Under the pieces are notes generated by a model. The model ran no database searches. It was not told where the DNA came from and saw nothing but the letters and a program-made list of their open reading frames with translations. A program made the position numbers and the translations under genes. From a virus (lineage: Duplodnaviria > Caudoviricetes), in the IMG/VR virus record IMGVR_UViG_3300032227_001172, positions 1 to 64,000 of that record: a stretch of DNA of 64,000 bases; one strand, written 5' to 3'. Shown piece after piece: positions 37,670-48,059 of this stretch (position 1 is the first letter of the stretch; each line of letters opens with the position of its first letter).

Positions 37670-37790
37670 TTAGGAGTTAACTAGATAATCCTCAGCCCTT
37701 GCTTTTTTACACAAAACGATTTATCATACGTATGACCAAAATCAATCTTATAGGGCTAGTCAATCTGATTTTTTTCTTTAAGGAGATAGT

Positions 37791-39989
37791 ATGTCCGGAT
37801 TAAATGAATTGCAAAATTATACTTTCGTTAGCAAATATGCTCGTTGGATAGAAAGTGAAAACCGCAGAGAAACATGGAAAGAAGCGGTTGATCGTGTTAA
37901 AAGCATGATGAACGCATATTATGCGGACAAAAATCTCGACGCAGAGATTGGTTGGGCCTACGATTTTATGTTCAAGAAAAAAGTATTAGGAAGCCAAAGA
38001 GCGTTACAGTTTGGTGGTGAGCCGATACTAAAACGCCACGCTAAAATATATAACTGTACTAGTTCGTATTGTGACAGATTAAGATTTTTTCAAGAATGTT
38101 TTTGGTTACTGTTGTGTGGTAGCGGTACTGGTTTTAGTGTTCAAAAACACCATGTAGCTAAATTACCAAACCTGTCGTTAGTTGCCAAAAATCATGATAA
38201 TGGTATGAAATATACTATAGACGATAGTATCGAAGGATGGGCTGATGCGTTAGGCGTATTGCTCAGTTCGTATTTTACCAAAGCCAGTGAAGATAAGTTT
38301 AAAATCTATAAAGATCAATATGTGGTTTTTGACTATTCGAATATTCGCCAAAAAGGTGCTACTTTATCGTCCGGAGTGGGCAAGGCTCCAGGATTTGAAC
38401 CTTTACAAAAAGGTTTAGAAAAAATTAGAACATTATTAGACAAATGTATTGCTAATGAACAAAAAAGATTACGTCCAATAGACGCATACGATATTATTAT
38501 GCATAGTAGTGACGCTGTGCTTTCCGGTGGCGTTCGTAGAAGCGCTTCATTAGCACTATTTAGTCATGACGATGAAGATATGGCCAAAGCCAAAACAGGC
38601 AATTGGTATATGGACAATCCTCAAAGAGCCAGAAGTAATAACTCCGCTTTATTGTTAAAAGACAATACTACTTTTGAAGAATTCCAAACATTAATGGAAA
38701 GTGTCAAAGAATTTGGAGAACCAGGATTTATTTGGAGTGACTCTACAGAGATGACATTTAATCCATGTGTTGAGGTCGGTATGTGGCCTGTAGACGAATC
38801 GACAGGAAAGAGCGGTTGGCAAGGATGCAATCTATCTACAATCAATTGCTCATCTGTCACTGATGAAGAAGATTTTTATGAAAGATGTAAGGCGGCTGCA
38901 ATCATTGGAACTTTACAGGCTGGTTTTACCAATCTAGATTATCTAGGAGATACTAGTAAAAGAATTTTTGATAGAGAAGCATTATTGGGAGTATCATTGA
39001 CCGGAATTATGGAAAAGCATGATCTTGTGTTAACTGAACAAGTTCTAAAACAAGGTGCTAAAATTGCAGTTGAGACTAATAAAGAAATGGCTAAAAAAAT
39101 TGGCATTAATCAAGCAGCTAGGGTTACCTGTCTAAAACCAGAAGGAACCTCAAGTTCTATGTTAGGCACATCATCGGGCATCCACCCTCACCATGCTAAA
39201 CGCTATATACGACACGTACAGGCCAATGTTTTAGAAGCACCATACCAATACTTCAAAAAATATAACCCTCAAGCGTGTGAGAAATCTTCATGGTCAGCCA
39301 ATGATACCGATGAGGTCATTAAATTCCCTATTGAAGTACCTGATGGTGCTAAATTAAAGAATCAATTACCAGCGGTAGAAATGTTGTCTATTGTGAAGGA
39401 TACCCAAAAAAATTGGGTTCATTCAGGTAAAAATAGGTCATTATGTACACAAGAATTCTTAAGTCATAATGTAAGCAATACCGTAACCGTCAAACCAGAT
39501 GAGTGGGATGATGTTACCAAATATATCTATGATAATAGAAAATATTTTGCTGGTATATCATTGATTCCTCAGAGTGGAGATAAAGATTATCCACAAGCAC
39601 CATTTACTACTGTATATACCAGTAGAGAAATTGCCAAAGAGTACGGAGACGCTGCTTTATGGTGTTCCGGTTTAATAGAGCTTGGTCTTAACGCTTTCAA
39701 CAATAATTTATGGGCAGCTTGTGACTATATAACATTAAATCAACAGCAAGAGAATGATACTGCTGACAAAAAGTTATTCTCATTGAAAATGTTAAGGTTT
39801 GCTAAAAAATATTTTAATAATGATTTTAGAAGACTAACATATTGTATGAAAGATGTATATAATTGGAAAATTTATACAGATTTATTTGATAGTTTTAGTA
39901 AAGTTGATTATACACAACTACTGGAAACAGAGGATAATACTGCTGGAATTGAGGAAATTAGTTGTGCGGGTGGTGCATGTCTAATTTAA
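37791..39989 (+). CDS. nrdJ: class II (adenosylcobalamin-dependent) ribonucleotide reductase
   Basis: RRETW, YNC, GSGTGFSV, SGGVRRSA, FNPCVE, CNL, KPEGT, SSGIHP, C-terminal CAGGAC; no adjacent R2 subunit. Confidence 0.92.
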   Translation: MSGLNELQNYTFVSKYARWIESENRRETWKEAVDRVKSMMNAYYADKNLDAEIGWAYDFMFKKKVLGSQRALQFGGEPILKRHAKIYNCTSSYCDRLRFFQECFWLLLCGSGTGFSVQKHHVAKLPNLSLVAKNHDNGMKYTIDDSIEGWADALGVLLSSYFTKASEDKFKIYKDQYVVFDYSNIRQKGATLSSGVGKAPGFEPLQKGLEKIRTLLDKCIANEQKRLRPIDAYDIIMHSSDAVLSGGVRRSASLALFSHDDEDMAKAKTGNWYMDNPQRARSNNSALLLKDNTTFEEFQTLMESVKEFGEPGFIWSDSTEMTFNPCVEVGMWPVDESTGKSGWQGCNLSTINCSSVTDEEDFYERCKAAAIIGTLQAGFTNLDYLGDTSKRIFDREALLGVSLTGIMEKHDLVLTEQVLKQGAKIAVETNKEMAKKIGINQAARVTCLKPEGTSSSMLGTSSGIHPHHAKRYIRHVQANVLEAPYQYFKKYNPQACEKSSWSANDTDEVIKFPIEVPDGAKLKNQLPAVEMLSIVKDTQKNWVHSGKNRSLCTQEFLSHNVSNTVTVKPDEWDDVTKYIYDNRKYFAGISLIPQSGDKDYPQAPFTTVYTSREIAKEYGDAALWCSGLIELGLNAFNNNLWAACDYITLNQQQENDTADKKLFSLKMLRFAKKYFNNDFRRLTYCMKDVYNWKIYTDLFDSFSKVDYTQLLETEDNTAGIEEISCAGGACLI

Positions 39990-40013
39990 ACTTAATTTCA
40001 GAAAGGTCTACAA

Positions 40014-40736
40014 TTGAGAAAAAAAAATAAGTATAAAGCCCCTAAAAAAGGTACCATATTATTAAATAACCGTAAGGATGGTTTTAATAAACCAGAAGAT
40101 ATAGTTGTTGGTTTTAAAAATAGATTAAAGCCAAGATCTATCAATCAAAAAGATTATATTAGAACCATAGCAGAAAATACTATTACTTTTTGTAAGGGTG
40201 TTCCCGGTAGCGGTAAAACACATATTGCTATAGGTATGGCCTTAGAATATTTATTGGATGGCAAAGTAGAAAAAATTGTTATTACAAGACCAGTTGTAGA
40301 AGCCGGTGAAAAACTGGGATTTTTACCAGGAACAGCAGAAGAAAAACTGCATCCATATTTATTACCACTATTTGATGAAATAGAATATTTTTTGCAAATG
40401 ATGCATTTTCATAAATTAAAATCTAGTCGTCAGATAGAAATTGTTCCATTGGGTCTTATGAGAGGTCGTAGTTTTCATAATGCATTTATAGTAGCTGATG
40501 AATGTCAAAACGCATCCTATGAACAGTTAAAAATGCTATTGACAAGAATCGGCATCGACAGTAAAATGGTATTAACTGGAGATTTGGAACAATCAGATTT
40601 ACAAGACTTTAAACAGGGTGGTTTTCAGTCTATCATAGATAAATTAAATGGCGTCAACAACATAGGTTTTTCTGAACTAGAAGTTGTTGATATAGTTAGA
40701 AATCCTATTATTGCAGACATAGTGTCTAGATTATGA
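40014..40736 (+). CDS. phoH: PhoH-like ATPase
   Basis: GVPGSGKT, TRP, LGFLPG, MRGRSF, DECQN, GDxxQSD, VRNP; TTG start. Confidence 0.95.
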   Translation: MRKKNKYKAPKKGTILLNNRKDGFNKPEDIVVGFKNRLKPRSINQKDYIRTIAENTITFCKGVPGSGKTHIAIGMALEYLLDGKVEKIVITRPVVEAGEKLGFLPGTAEEKLHPYLLPLFDEIEYFLQMMHFHKLKSSRQIEIVPLGLMRGRSFHNAFIVADECQNASYEQLKMLLTRIGIDSKMVLTGDLEQSDLQDFKQGGFQSIIDKLNGVNNIGFSELEVVDIVRNPIIADIVSRL

Positions 40737-41311
40737 GATCGCATAAAGATTGTTTAGTCCTAAACGCCGACTATTCGCCTATTGGTATTATTGATTGGAA
40801 AAAAGCCATGGTATGGTCTTTTAGATATACTCATTCTCGTTATTCTGGTATAGAAATTATAGAATACTATTCAGATGATTATGTTATGGGGGCAAATTCT
40901 ACAGAAAAAATACCGGCGGTGATTAAAACTACTAAATTTTTCAAAATTAATCATCATACTGTTAATTTTTCTCGTAAAAATTTGTTCATTCGTGATAATT
41001 ATACTTGTCAATATTGTGGCGATCAATTACCTTCTAATCAATTAACTTATGATCATATTATTCCAAAGTCTAAATGGCAGTTCAAAAATCAGCCAGTAAC
41101 ATCTTGGACTAATATAGTTACGGCTTGTTTTAGATGTAATAGTCGTAAGGGAAATAAAAGTTTACAACAAGTTAATATGCAATTAATGACCAATCCATAT
41201 ATACCCAATAAAACAACTAAATACTTGCATGTCACCCATCAAATTCTTACTATAAGACATAGTATTCCCAAAGAATGGCAGTTGTATGTCGGAGCAATTA
41301 TAGCACAATAA
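40733..41311 (+). CDS. HNH endonuclease (McrA-like)
   Basis: LVLNAD, RDNYTCQYCG, TYDHIIPKS, WTNIVTACFRCNSRK. Confidence 0.92.
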   Translation: MRSHKDCLVLNADYSPIGIIDWKKAMVWSFRYTHSRYSGIEIIEYYSDDYVMGANSTEKIPAVIKTTKFFKINHHTVNFSRKNLFIRDNYTCQYCGDQLPSNQLTYDHIIPKSKWQFKNQPVTSWTNIVTACFRCNSRKGNKSLQQVNMQLMTNPYIPNKTTKYLHVTHQILTIRHSIPKEWQLYVGAIIAQ

Positions 41312-41652
41312 TGCCTACCTATTCCTATTTTTGTGAAAAATGTAAAAATACTTTTGAGCTATTTTTTAGTTTAAGAGAATATAAAGAAACAGTCAAATGT
41401 CAAAAATGTAAAAATACATGTTCTAGACATTATGAAGACCTATTAACTATCAATAGTTCTGTTAAGAAAAGTGATACAGAGTTGAAAACTATTGGAGATT
41501 TAGCTAATAGAAATAGAGACCGAATGAGTGAAGAACAAAGGCAAGAGCTAACTGAAAAACATAATTCTTATAAAGATAATGATTTGATTAAAGAACTACC
41601 AAAAGGTATGTCAAGGATTAAGAAATCTAAAACCAAAACAAAGTGGAGATAA
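41311..41652 (+). CDS. FmdB-family Zn-ribbon protein
   Basis: MPTYSYFCEKC...CQKC; start moved to the TAATG overlap at 41311. Confidence 0.85.
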   Translation: MPTYSYFCEKCKNTFELFFSLREYKETVKCQKCKNTCSRHYEDLLTINSSVKKSDTELKTIGDLANRNRDRMSEEQRQELTEKHNSYKDNDLIKELPKGMSRIKKSKTKTKWR

Positions 41653-41653
41653 T

Positions 41654-42046
41654 ATGGACTTTCACAGACCTAGTAACATATATAATACCGAAATTAATAT
41701 TAATGAGAATGAATTATCAAAAGAATTTTATACTGTTGTTGGACAAGAAGAATTTTTAGAAGGAGACAATCCACGCAGACATAACGACGATAGTCACGTA
41801 TATGCAAAAAAAATACAAAAAAAAGATGGTACTTATAAAACCATGATTAGAGTAGCAAATAATGGCAAACTATATAATCCTGTTGCCATCTATGGTGAAG
41901 AAAAATCTAACAATTTTTTGGAAAGAGTTTGTAGAGCTAATGATAAGTTTAGGCCAGTGAATAATAAAGCGTTTGAATGGTATATAAAATTTTTATCTAC
42001 TAAAAATATGGCTTGGTTTTATAATGCGGAAAGAGAGGTGGACTAA
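41654..42046 (+). CDS. hypothetical protein
   Basis: 130 aa; operonic. Confidence 0.75.
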   Translation: MDFHRPSNIYNTEININENELSKEFYTVVGQEEFLEGDNPRRHNDDSHVYAKKIQKKDGTYKTMIRVANNGKLYNPVAIYGEEKSNNFLERVCRANDKFRPVNNKAFEWYIKFLSTKNMAWFYNAEREVD

Positions 42047-42399
42047 TGTCACGAATTAATAAAACACAAAAATATGCTATTTTATGGTTACATAGTCAAG
42101 GATGGGATAGGAATCAGATTATTTCTGAACTAGAATTAACGGATAGTCAAATCAAGAATGTGCTTAAAGCTAATCAATCTTCTGTTAATCGTCTTAATAA
42201 TAAGATAGAAACAGGATCCTCTGTAGTTGCAAAATTACCTAACTCAAAAAATTTAATGATAACCGAAAGTCAATCCGGTATGCATAAAGTATCAGTAATG
42301 ACTAAAGCGGCATCAGAAATCAACGACGAAAACAAAAAACAGATTGTATCAAGATCTACTAAGGACTTATCAAAATATATTCACAAACCAAATGGATAA
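42046..42399 (+). CDS. hypothetical protein with an N-terminal HTH-like segment
   Basis: LHSQGWDRNQIISELELTDSQIKNVL. Confidence 0.6.
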   Translation: MSRINKTQKYAILWLHSQGWDRNQIISELELTDSQIKNVLKANQSSVNRLNNKIETGSSVVAKLPNSKNLMITESQSGMHKVSVMTKAASEINDENKKQIVSRSTKDLSKYIHKPNG

Positions 42400-42799
42400 A
42401 AATTTTTTAGAGAATATAGATTTAACAGACCAAGAAAAATCTGTATTAAATGTAATAGAAAATAAGATACAAAAGTATTTAGAATTAACAAAACAAAATA
42501 ATCTCAACAATATAGAAGAGATTATGGAGAATCCGAGTACTCTTGGGGAAACACCATTTCATTCTAAACACATCACTACGTATGAACGAGAAATTTTTGT
42601 ACATTTAGAAATGGAAATATCTGCTATAAATGAAAATGGACAACTAACGGAGGTTGGACAAATTTTAGAAAATTTCTATCATATACCAGTACCGTCTGGA
42701 TCCAACTACATAGAAAAAATACAAAATTTTACAGAGAAGTTTGAAAAAGAATTAAATAATTGCGCTATTCAAATTCATAAACACAATGAATCCAAATAA
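42392..42799 (+). CDS. hypothetical protein
   Basis: Start moved to ATG 42392. Confidence 0.7.
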   Translation: MDKNFLENIDLTDQEKSVLNVIENKIQKYLELTKQNNLNNIEEIMENPSTLGETPFHSKHITTYEREIFVHLEMEISAINENGQLTEVGQILENFYHIPVPSGSNYIEKIQNFTEKFEKELNNCAIQIHKHNESK

Positions 42800-43202
42800 A
42801 TATATCTCGAAATATTCTAATAATAAAACAGTTTCTGCGGCTCAATATATTACAGAACTAATTTGTGAACGAAAAGCCGCAAAAGATAAAAAAGATCTTC
42901 ATTATAGATTTTGGTTATCTAAAGAATGGTCAATTTTTTTTAGGAATCAAATAGCAACGGCCAATAAGTTAGTAAAGCAGTATCCCGATAAAGCTATCGT
43001 AAATGCTTTGTTAACAGATCAAGGTAAAAAAATTTTTTCGTTGCGAGCACCCCATCTTCCTTCTATCATAGAACAAGAAGAGGCAAAGCTATCTCAGCAA
43101 AATCAAACAATGACTAAGCAGATAGATCGTAAAACAGATATTACATACAGTAAATCTAAATTAAATAAAGGTATAATCTCAAGACTTAAGGAACTAGAAT
43201 AA
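42786..43202 (+). CDS. hypothetical protein
   Basis: 138 aa; TAATG-coupled to recA. Confidence 0.75.
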   Translation: MNPNKYISKYSNNKTVSAAQYITELICERKAAKDKKDLHYRFWLSKEWSIFFRNQIATANKLVKQYPDKAIVNALLTDQGKKIFSLRAPHLPSIIEQEEAKLSQQNQTMTKQIDRKTDITYSKSKLNKGIISRLKELE

Positions 43203-44227
43203 TGTCATTAAAAGAGGACGTAAAGAAAAAATTTGGTGACGAAATCATACGCTCTGCTACAGCAGTTGTGGATAGGGAGTGCGTAGTGATACCTGTTAGC
43301 CCAGCTCTTGATATTGTTTTAAACGGAGGTATTCCAGAAGGAAGTTTTGTTATTTTTACTGGACAACCCAAATGTGGCAAAACAACAACATCACTAGATT
43401 TTGCTGCTACAGCACAAAAAGAAGAATATAAAGGGGATCTAAAGAAACCAAGACATGTGTATTACCTAAATATAGAAGGTAGACTGAAAAAAAGAGATTT
43501 GGAGGGTATACCACATCTTAATTTAGATAGATTCGACATTATAGGTTCTCAACAAGGAAAAATTCTACACGCAGAAGAATATCTACAAATCGCTGAACGC
43601 ATTATTAATGAAGAACCAGGATCAGTTATAATCATAGACTCGTATTCTGCATTGTGTACAGAGGCTGAAATTACCAGCGATATGGATAAAATGCAACGTG
43701 CAGATGGGGCTAAGCTTTTAGCCAAGTTTTGTCGTAAAGTTGCTAATGTAATACCAGTAAATAAAAATATTGTTATAGGCATTACTCATTTAATGGGTAA
43801 TCCAGGTTATGGTAATGTTGAATGGAAAGAAAAGAGTGGACAAGCTATTGCATATCAAACAGACGTTAAACTAAGAGCAAAAATGTTTAGAGCATGGACC
43901 AGTAGTGCGGAAGGTCCGCAGATAGGTCAAGAGGTTGATTGGCAAGTGCTATGTTCTGCTCTTGGTCCTCCGGGTGGTAATATTAAGAGTTTTTTAAGAT
44001 ATGGGGAAGGTATAGACAAAGCTATGGAGCTTATTACTCTATGTATCGATTTAGGTATTATTGGTAAGGGTGGTGCTTGGTATACTCTAACTTCATTAGA
44101 GGATCAACCAAAATTCCAAGGCACTGAAAAATTAAGACAGTACGTTGTTGACAACCCTGAAGTTTATGATAAATTGATGTCTGAGTTGAGTAGTACTATG
44201 GGGTTGTCATGCAAGTCAAAGATCTAG
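43202..44227 (+). CDS. recA: RecA/UvsX-like recombinase
   Basis: LDIVLNGGIPEG, Walker A GQPKCGKTT, IIIDS, YGEGID, GAWY, KFQG. Confidence 0.9.
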   Translation: MSLKEDVKKKFGDEIIRSATAVVDRECVVIPVSPALDIVLNGGIPEGSFVIFTGQPKCGKTTTSLDFAATAQKEEYKGDLKKPRHVYYLNIEGRLKKRDLEGIPHLNLDRFDIIGSQQGKILHAEEYLQIAERIINEEPGSVIIIDSYSALCTEAEITSDMDKMQRADGAKLLAKFCRKVANVIPVNKNIVIGITHLMGNPGYGNVEWKEKSGQAIAYQTDVKLRAKMFRAWTSSAEGPQIGQEVDWQVLCSALGPPGGNIKSFLRYGEGIDKAMELITLCIDLGIIGKGGAWYTLTSLEDQPKFQGTEKLRQYVVDNPEVYDKLMSELSSTMGLSCKSKI

Positions 44228-44625
44228 ATGGTAATTATCATTATTGGAAATTAATTGGTAATATAGCACATGCATCTTATGAGAAAAAATCTCATTTACA
44301 CTTACAGGCTAGACAATTAATAAAAGAATGTTTTCCTACATTGCAAATTTTAGAGGAAGTAGTAATACCCTTGCGTAGATCAGAGAGTCTGGTTTTGGAT
44401 TTTTATTTACCTCTTAATAAAAGGTGCATTGAGGTACATGGAGAACAACACTATAAGTTTACTAGATTTTATCACAAAGATATGATGGGATTTATTAGAC
44501 ATAAAAAACGAGATAAAGAAAAACAAGAATGGTGTGCTTTAAATGGTATAACTTATATAGAATTGCCATATGATGAAGATATCACAGCATGGAGACATAG
44601 GATTAGCAATAATGAAAACAGCTAA
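44209..44625 (+). CDS. PD-(D/E)XK (DUF559/Vsr-like) endonuclease
   Basis: LDFYLP..CIEVHGEQHY, RDKEK, ELPY. Confidence 0.8.
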   Translation: MQVKDLDGNYHYWKLIGNIAHASYEKKSHLHLQARQLIKECFPTLQILEEVVIPLRRSESLVLDFYLPLNKRCIEVHGEQHYKFTRFYHKDMMGFIRHKKRDKEKQEWCALNGITYIELPYDEDITAWRHRISNNENS

Positions 44626-45097
44626 AGAAGAACTAGAGACTTGGGACGGTGTTTTAGATGAATATGAAACTCGTTTAGGTCTGCCAACCTATTCAGAAAA
44701 TATTTTACCAGAAGCTGAATTACAGAATTATCTCACAATGAGCAGAGACGTATTGGAAAAAACTACAGCGGAAGACTGTGGTCAAATAGCTTATAGGTTA
44801 GCACAATTCAGTTTCCATATTCAAAGAACACTAAATAGAGAAAATGCCAGATATAATTGGGCAGAAGAAACTATTAAAGAAGTAATAGCTGATGATATTA
44901 ATACTTATAAAGGTTATGGCTATTTAGAAAAATCCACACAAGCCATTAAACATAATGACAGAGCATCCAATCTGAATAAAATTAAAAAATATGCAAAACA
45001 GAGGTGCGATAGACTAACGTACCTAGCCACATCTGTAAAAAATTTGTCTGATATTCTATTATCTATACAAAAAACAAAGGGTTTAAGAAATGCATGA
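44612..45097 (+). CDS. helical protein, possible UvsY-like recombination mediator
   Basis: All-alpha coiled-coil pattern between recA and dnaB; start moved to 44612. Confidence 0.5.
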   Translation: MKTAKEELETWDGVLDEYETRLGLPTYSENILPEAELQNYLTMSRDVLEKTTAEDCGQIAYRLAQFSFHIQRTLNRENARYNWAEETIKEVIADDINTYKGYGYLEKSTQAIKHNDRASNLNKIKKYAKQRCDRLTYLATSVKNLSDILLSIQKTKGLRNA

Positions 45098-45473
45098 TTT
45101 AACTCCAGAACAAATTAAACAAATGATAACAATGCTACAGAGTATGTTGCCACAAGAGGCTACTACTACAAATGTGGATACAGTTGACAATAAGGACGCG
45201 CCACACAATAATAATATCAAGACATCCAAGAGAAGACCTCAGCCGTCATCAGTAAATAAATTTGATGCTATGGCAGAAGCCAGGATGCATAAAGATGATA
45301 TTGCTATTGATAAAAAATTAAATAAATACGGACCAACACCACGCACCAGAAAATTTGAATTTATCAATGTTAAGTGCAGGGTTTGCGGGAAAAATGAAAC
45401 TATCAATCCAGTTCTATTATATGAAACACCAGACAGATACAAGTGCAATAAATGTTCGGGGAGCGCAGGCTAA
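45090..45473 (+). CDS. hypothetical protein with a C-terminal Zn ribbon
   Basis: CRVCG...CNKC. Confidence 0.7.
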   Translation: MHDLTPEQIKQMITMLQSMLPQEATTTNVDTVDNKDAPHNNNIKTSKRRPQPSSVNKFDAMAEARMHKDDIAIDKKLNKYGPTPRTRKFEFINVKCRVCGKNETINPVLLYETPDRYKCNKCSGSAG

Positions 45474-46936
45474 TGATTTTATGTGATACATCTGCTGAAC
45501 GTGCTGTTTTATCTGGTATGTGTAAATATGGAGAAGATGCATATTTTGATGTAGCCGATATCTTACAAGAAACATCTTTTACTGTAGACAGTAATAAGAT
45601 TATTTATCAATGTCTCAAAAATATTTTTGATCGACACTCTAATGCTTCAATCGATGTTGCTATCATTTTTTCTTCTGCTTCCGAGATAGGCTTATCGCAT
45701 ATCTTTGACAAAAAGGAAGAAGTACAACATCTTAAAGCAATACTAGATTTTCCCGTTAATCTGGATAATATTCGTAAATTTGCTTCTAAGATACGCAAGT
45801 TAGAAATTGCTCGTTTACTCAGGGAGCAATTACAAAAGGCTCAAGATAAAATCTTAGATGTAAACGGTAATGAATCTATAGGAGCTATTCTAGGTATTGC
45901 CGAAGATTCGATTTTTGATTTTACTAATGTTCTGAACGATGCAGATAATAATCCTGTTGCTATTAGTGACGACATTGAAGCCTATATAGACGATTTGATT
46001 AATCATAAAATAGATCAGGTTGGTATTCCGACTGGCTTCCCTGTATATGATCAAGCTATTGGTGGAGGATTGCGAAAAAGCACAGTCAATGTTATTGCTG
46101 CTCGACCAAAAACAGGTAAAACATTATTATCAGATAATATGGGGTTTTACATAGCTAATAAATTACAAATTCCGGTATTGAATATGGATACCGAAATGAC
46201 GAAAGAGGATCATTTAAATAGAGTTTTGGCAATGATGAGCGAAATTGAAATTAATCAAATCGAAACTGGAAAATTTGCTGAAACCCCAAATAAGGCAGTC
46301 AAAATAAAACAGGCTGTTACAGACCTAAAACAAACCAAACTATACTATAAGTCTATTGCTGGTAAATCTTTTGAAGATCAATTATCCATTATGAGAAGAT
46401 GGATTATTAAAGAAGTTGGACTGAATGAAGATGGAACCGCTAAAGACTGCGTTGTTTTTTATGACTACTTAAAACTTATGGATACCCAAGGCATGAGTCA
46501 AGACTTAAAGGAATATCAGGTCTTGGGTTTTATGATGACTCAATTACATAATTTTGCAACGAAATATAAGGTTCCTATAGTTGCTTTTGTACAATTAAAT
46601 AGAGACGGCATTACTAAAGAATCAACTGATACCGCTAGTGGTTCAGATCGTATTATTTGGCTATGTAGTAATTTTAGTATTTTCAAACGCAAAACACCAG
46701 AAGAAATCGCTGAAGATGGTCCAGATAATGGTAATCGTAAACTAGTTCCTTTAATTAGTAGACACGGAGGAGGATTAGATGACAACGATTATATCAATTG
46801 TCACATGAAAGGCTGGTGTGCTAAAATTACAGAAGGTAAAACTCGATTGGAACTTATCAAAAATAATAAAAATACGAATGATGGCTTTTTAGTAGAGGAT
46901 ACCAATGACAATGACGAAGACATCCCGTTTGAATGA
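45473..46936 (+). CDS. dnaB: replicative DnaB-like helicase
   Basis: AERAVL, GIPTGF..D..GG, AARPKTGKT, TEM, DYLKL, QLNR; start at the TAATG overlap. Confidence 0.95.
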   Translation: MILCDTSAERAVLSGMCKYGEDAYFDVADILQETSFTVDSNKIIYQCLKNIFDRHSNASIDVAIIFSSASEIGLSHIFDKKEEVQHLKAILDFPVNLDNIRKFASKIRKLEIARLLREQLQKAQDKILDVNGNESIGAILGIAEDSIFDFTNVLNDADNNPVAISDDIEAYIDDLINHKIDQVGIPTGFPVYDQAIGGGLRKSTVNVIAARPKTGKTLLSDNMGFYIANKLQIPVLNMDTEMTKEDHLNRVLAMMSEIEINQIETGKFAETPNKAVKIKQAVTDLKQTKLYYKSIAGKSFEDQLSIMRRWIIKEVGLNEDGTAKDCVVFYDYLKLMDTQGMSQDLKEYQVLGFMMTQLHNFATKYKVPIVAFVQLNRDGITKESTDTASGSDRIIWLCSNFSIFKRKTPEEIAEDGPDNGNRKLVPLISRHGGGLDDNDYINCHMKGWCAKITEGKTRLELIKNNKNTNDGFLVEDTNDNDEDIPFE

Positions 46937-48059
46937 TCAGGCTAAATTAAAAGTTTTGTGTGATGATTTATGCGATAATATCGATCAATTATTTGACTAT
47001 TTTAATTTGGACTATAAGGATCATGGTAAAATGATTTCAATGGCTTGTCCTATCCATGAGGGAGACAACATTAGTGCATTAAATCTTTATGTTCAGGGAG
47101 ATAATTATAGAGGCAATTGGAAATGTCGTACTCATCAGTGTGAAAAAATATTTAAAGGTTCCATTATAGGATTTGTTAGAGGCTTACTGTCTAATAAAAA
47201 GCACCAATGGTCCAAGAACGGAGATGATACGTGTTCTTTTAAAGAAACCATAGAGTTCATTACGTCTTTTTTAAAGAAGGATTTAAAAGATATTAAGGTT
47301 TCTAGGGTAGCTAGAAATAAAAACCAGTTTACCAGCACCATTAATCATATCAATAATGTATCGTCTATAAATACTAAAGGTTGCTTAAAAAGAAATGATA
47401 TCAGACCTCTATTAGATATACCAGCACAATACTATGTTGATAGAGGATTTTCTAAAGAAGTCTTAAATAAGTATGATGTGGGTCTTTGTAATAATCCAGC
47501 CAAAGAAATGCACAATAGGATTGTCGTTCCAATCTATGATATAAATTATGAATACATGATAGGATGTTCAGGTAGAAGTATTTTTGAAAAATGTCATTCG
47601 TGTTCTACTTTTCATAATCCGTCATTAGAATGCCCCGCAGATAATAAAAAATATCTATATTCTAAATGGAAACATAGTACTAATTTTAAAAGTCAAAATT
47701 GTCTATATAATTTTTGGTTTGCTAAAGAACATATAAAGAATAGTGGTATAGCAATCATAGTAGAAAGTCCAGGAAACGTATGGAAATTAGAAGAAAATGG
47801 TATTCATAACAGTGTTGCAGTTTTTGGTGCAAATCTAAGTGATCGTCAAAAAATATTGCTAGATGCTTCCGGGGCAATGAATCTTATTGTTCTCATGGAC
47901 AATGATGAAGCTGGACAAAAAGCTACATTGGCTATTATAGATAAATGCAAAAACACTTATCGTATACATGTTCCTACTATATCAAAAGCTGACGTTGGAG
48001 AAATGAATACCGAAGAAATCGAACAACATATTAAACCATTTATTAAGAGGATACTATGA
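46905..48059 (+). CDS. dnaG: DnaG-like DNA primase
   Basis: Zn domain CPIH..CRTHQC, RIVVPI, GR, TOPRIM VES...DNDEAG; extra CHSC..H..C insert. Confidence 0.88.
   Translation: MTMTKTSRLNDQAKLKVLCDDLCDNIDQLFDYFNLDYKDHGKMISMACPIHEGDNISALNLYVQGDNYRGNWKCRTHQCEKIFKGSIIGFVRGLLSNKKHQWSKNGDDTCSFKETIEFITSFLKKDLKDIKVSRVARNKNQFTSTINHINNVSSINTKGCLKRNDIRPLLDIPAQYYVDRGFSKEVLNKYDVGLCNNPAKEMHNRIVVPIYDINYEYMIGCSGRSIFEKCHSCSTFHNPSLECPADNKKYLYSKWKHSTNFKSQNCLYNFWFAKEHIKNSGIAIIVESPGNVWKLEENGIHNSVAVFGANLSDRQKILLDASGAMNLIVLMDNDEAGQKATLAIIDKCKNTYRIHVPTISKADVGEMNTEEIEQHIKPFIKRIL

Noticed and set aside
37640-37790. Cobalamin riboswitch or NrdR box before nrdJ
   Set aside because: No B12-box/GGGAA consensus and no convincing NrdR palindrome; kept only as an unexplained structured leader
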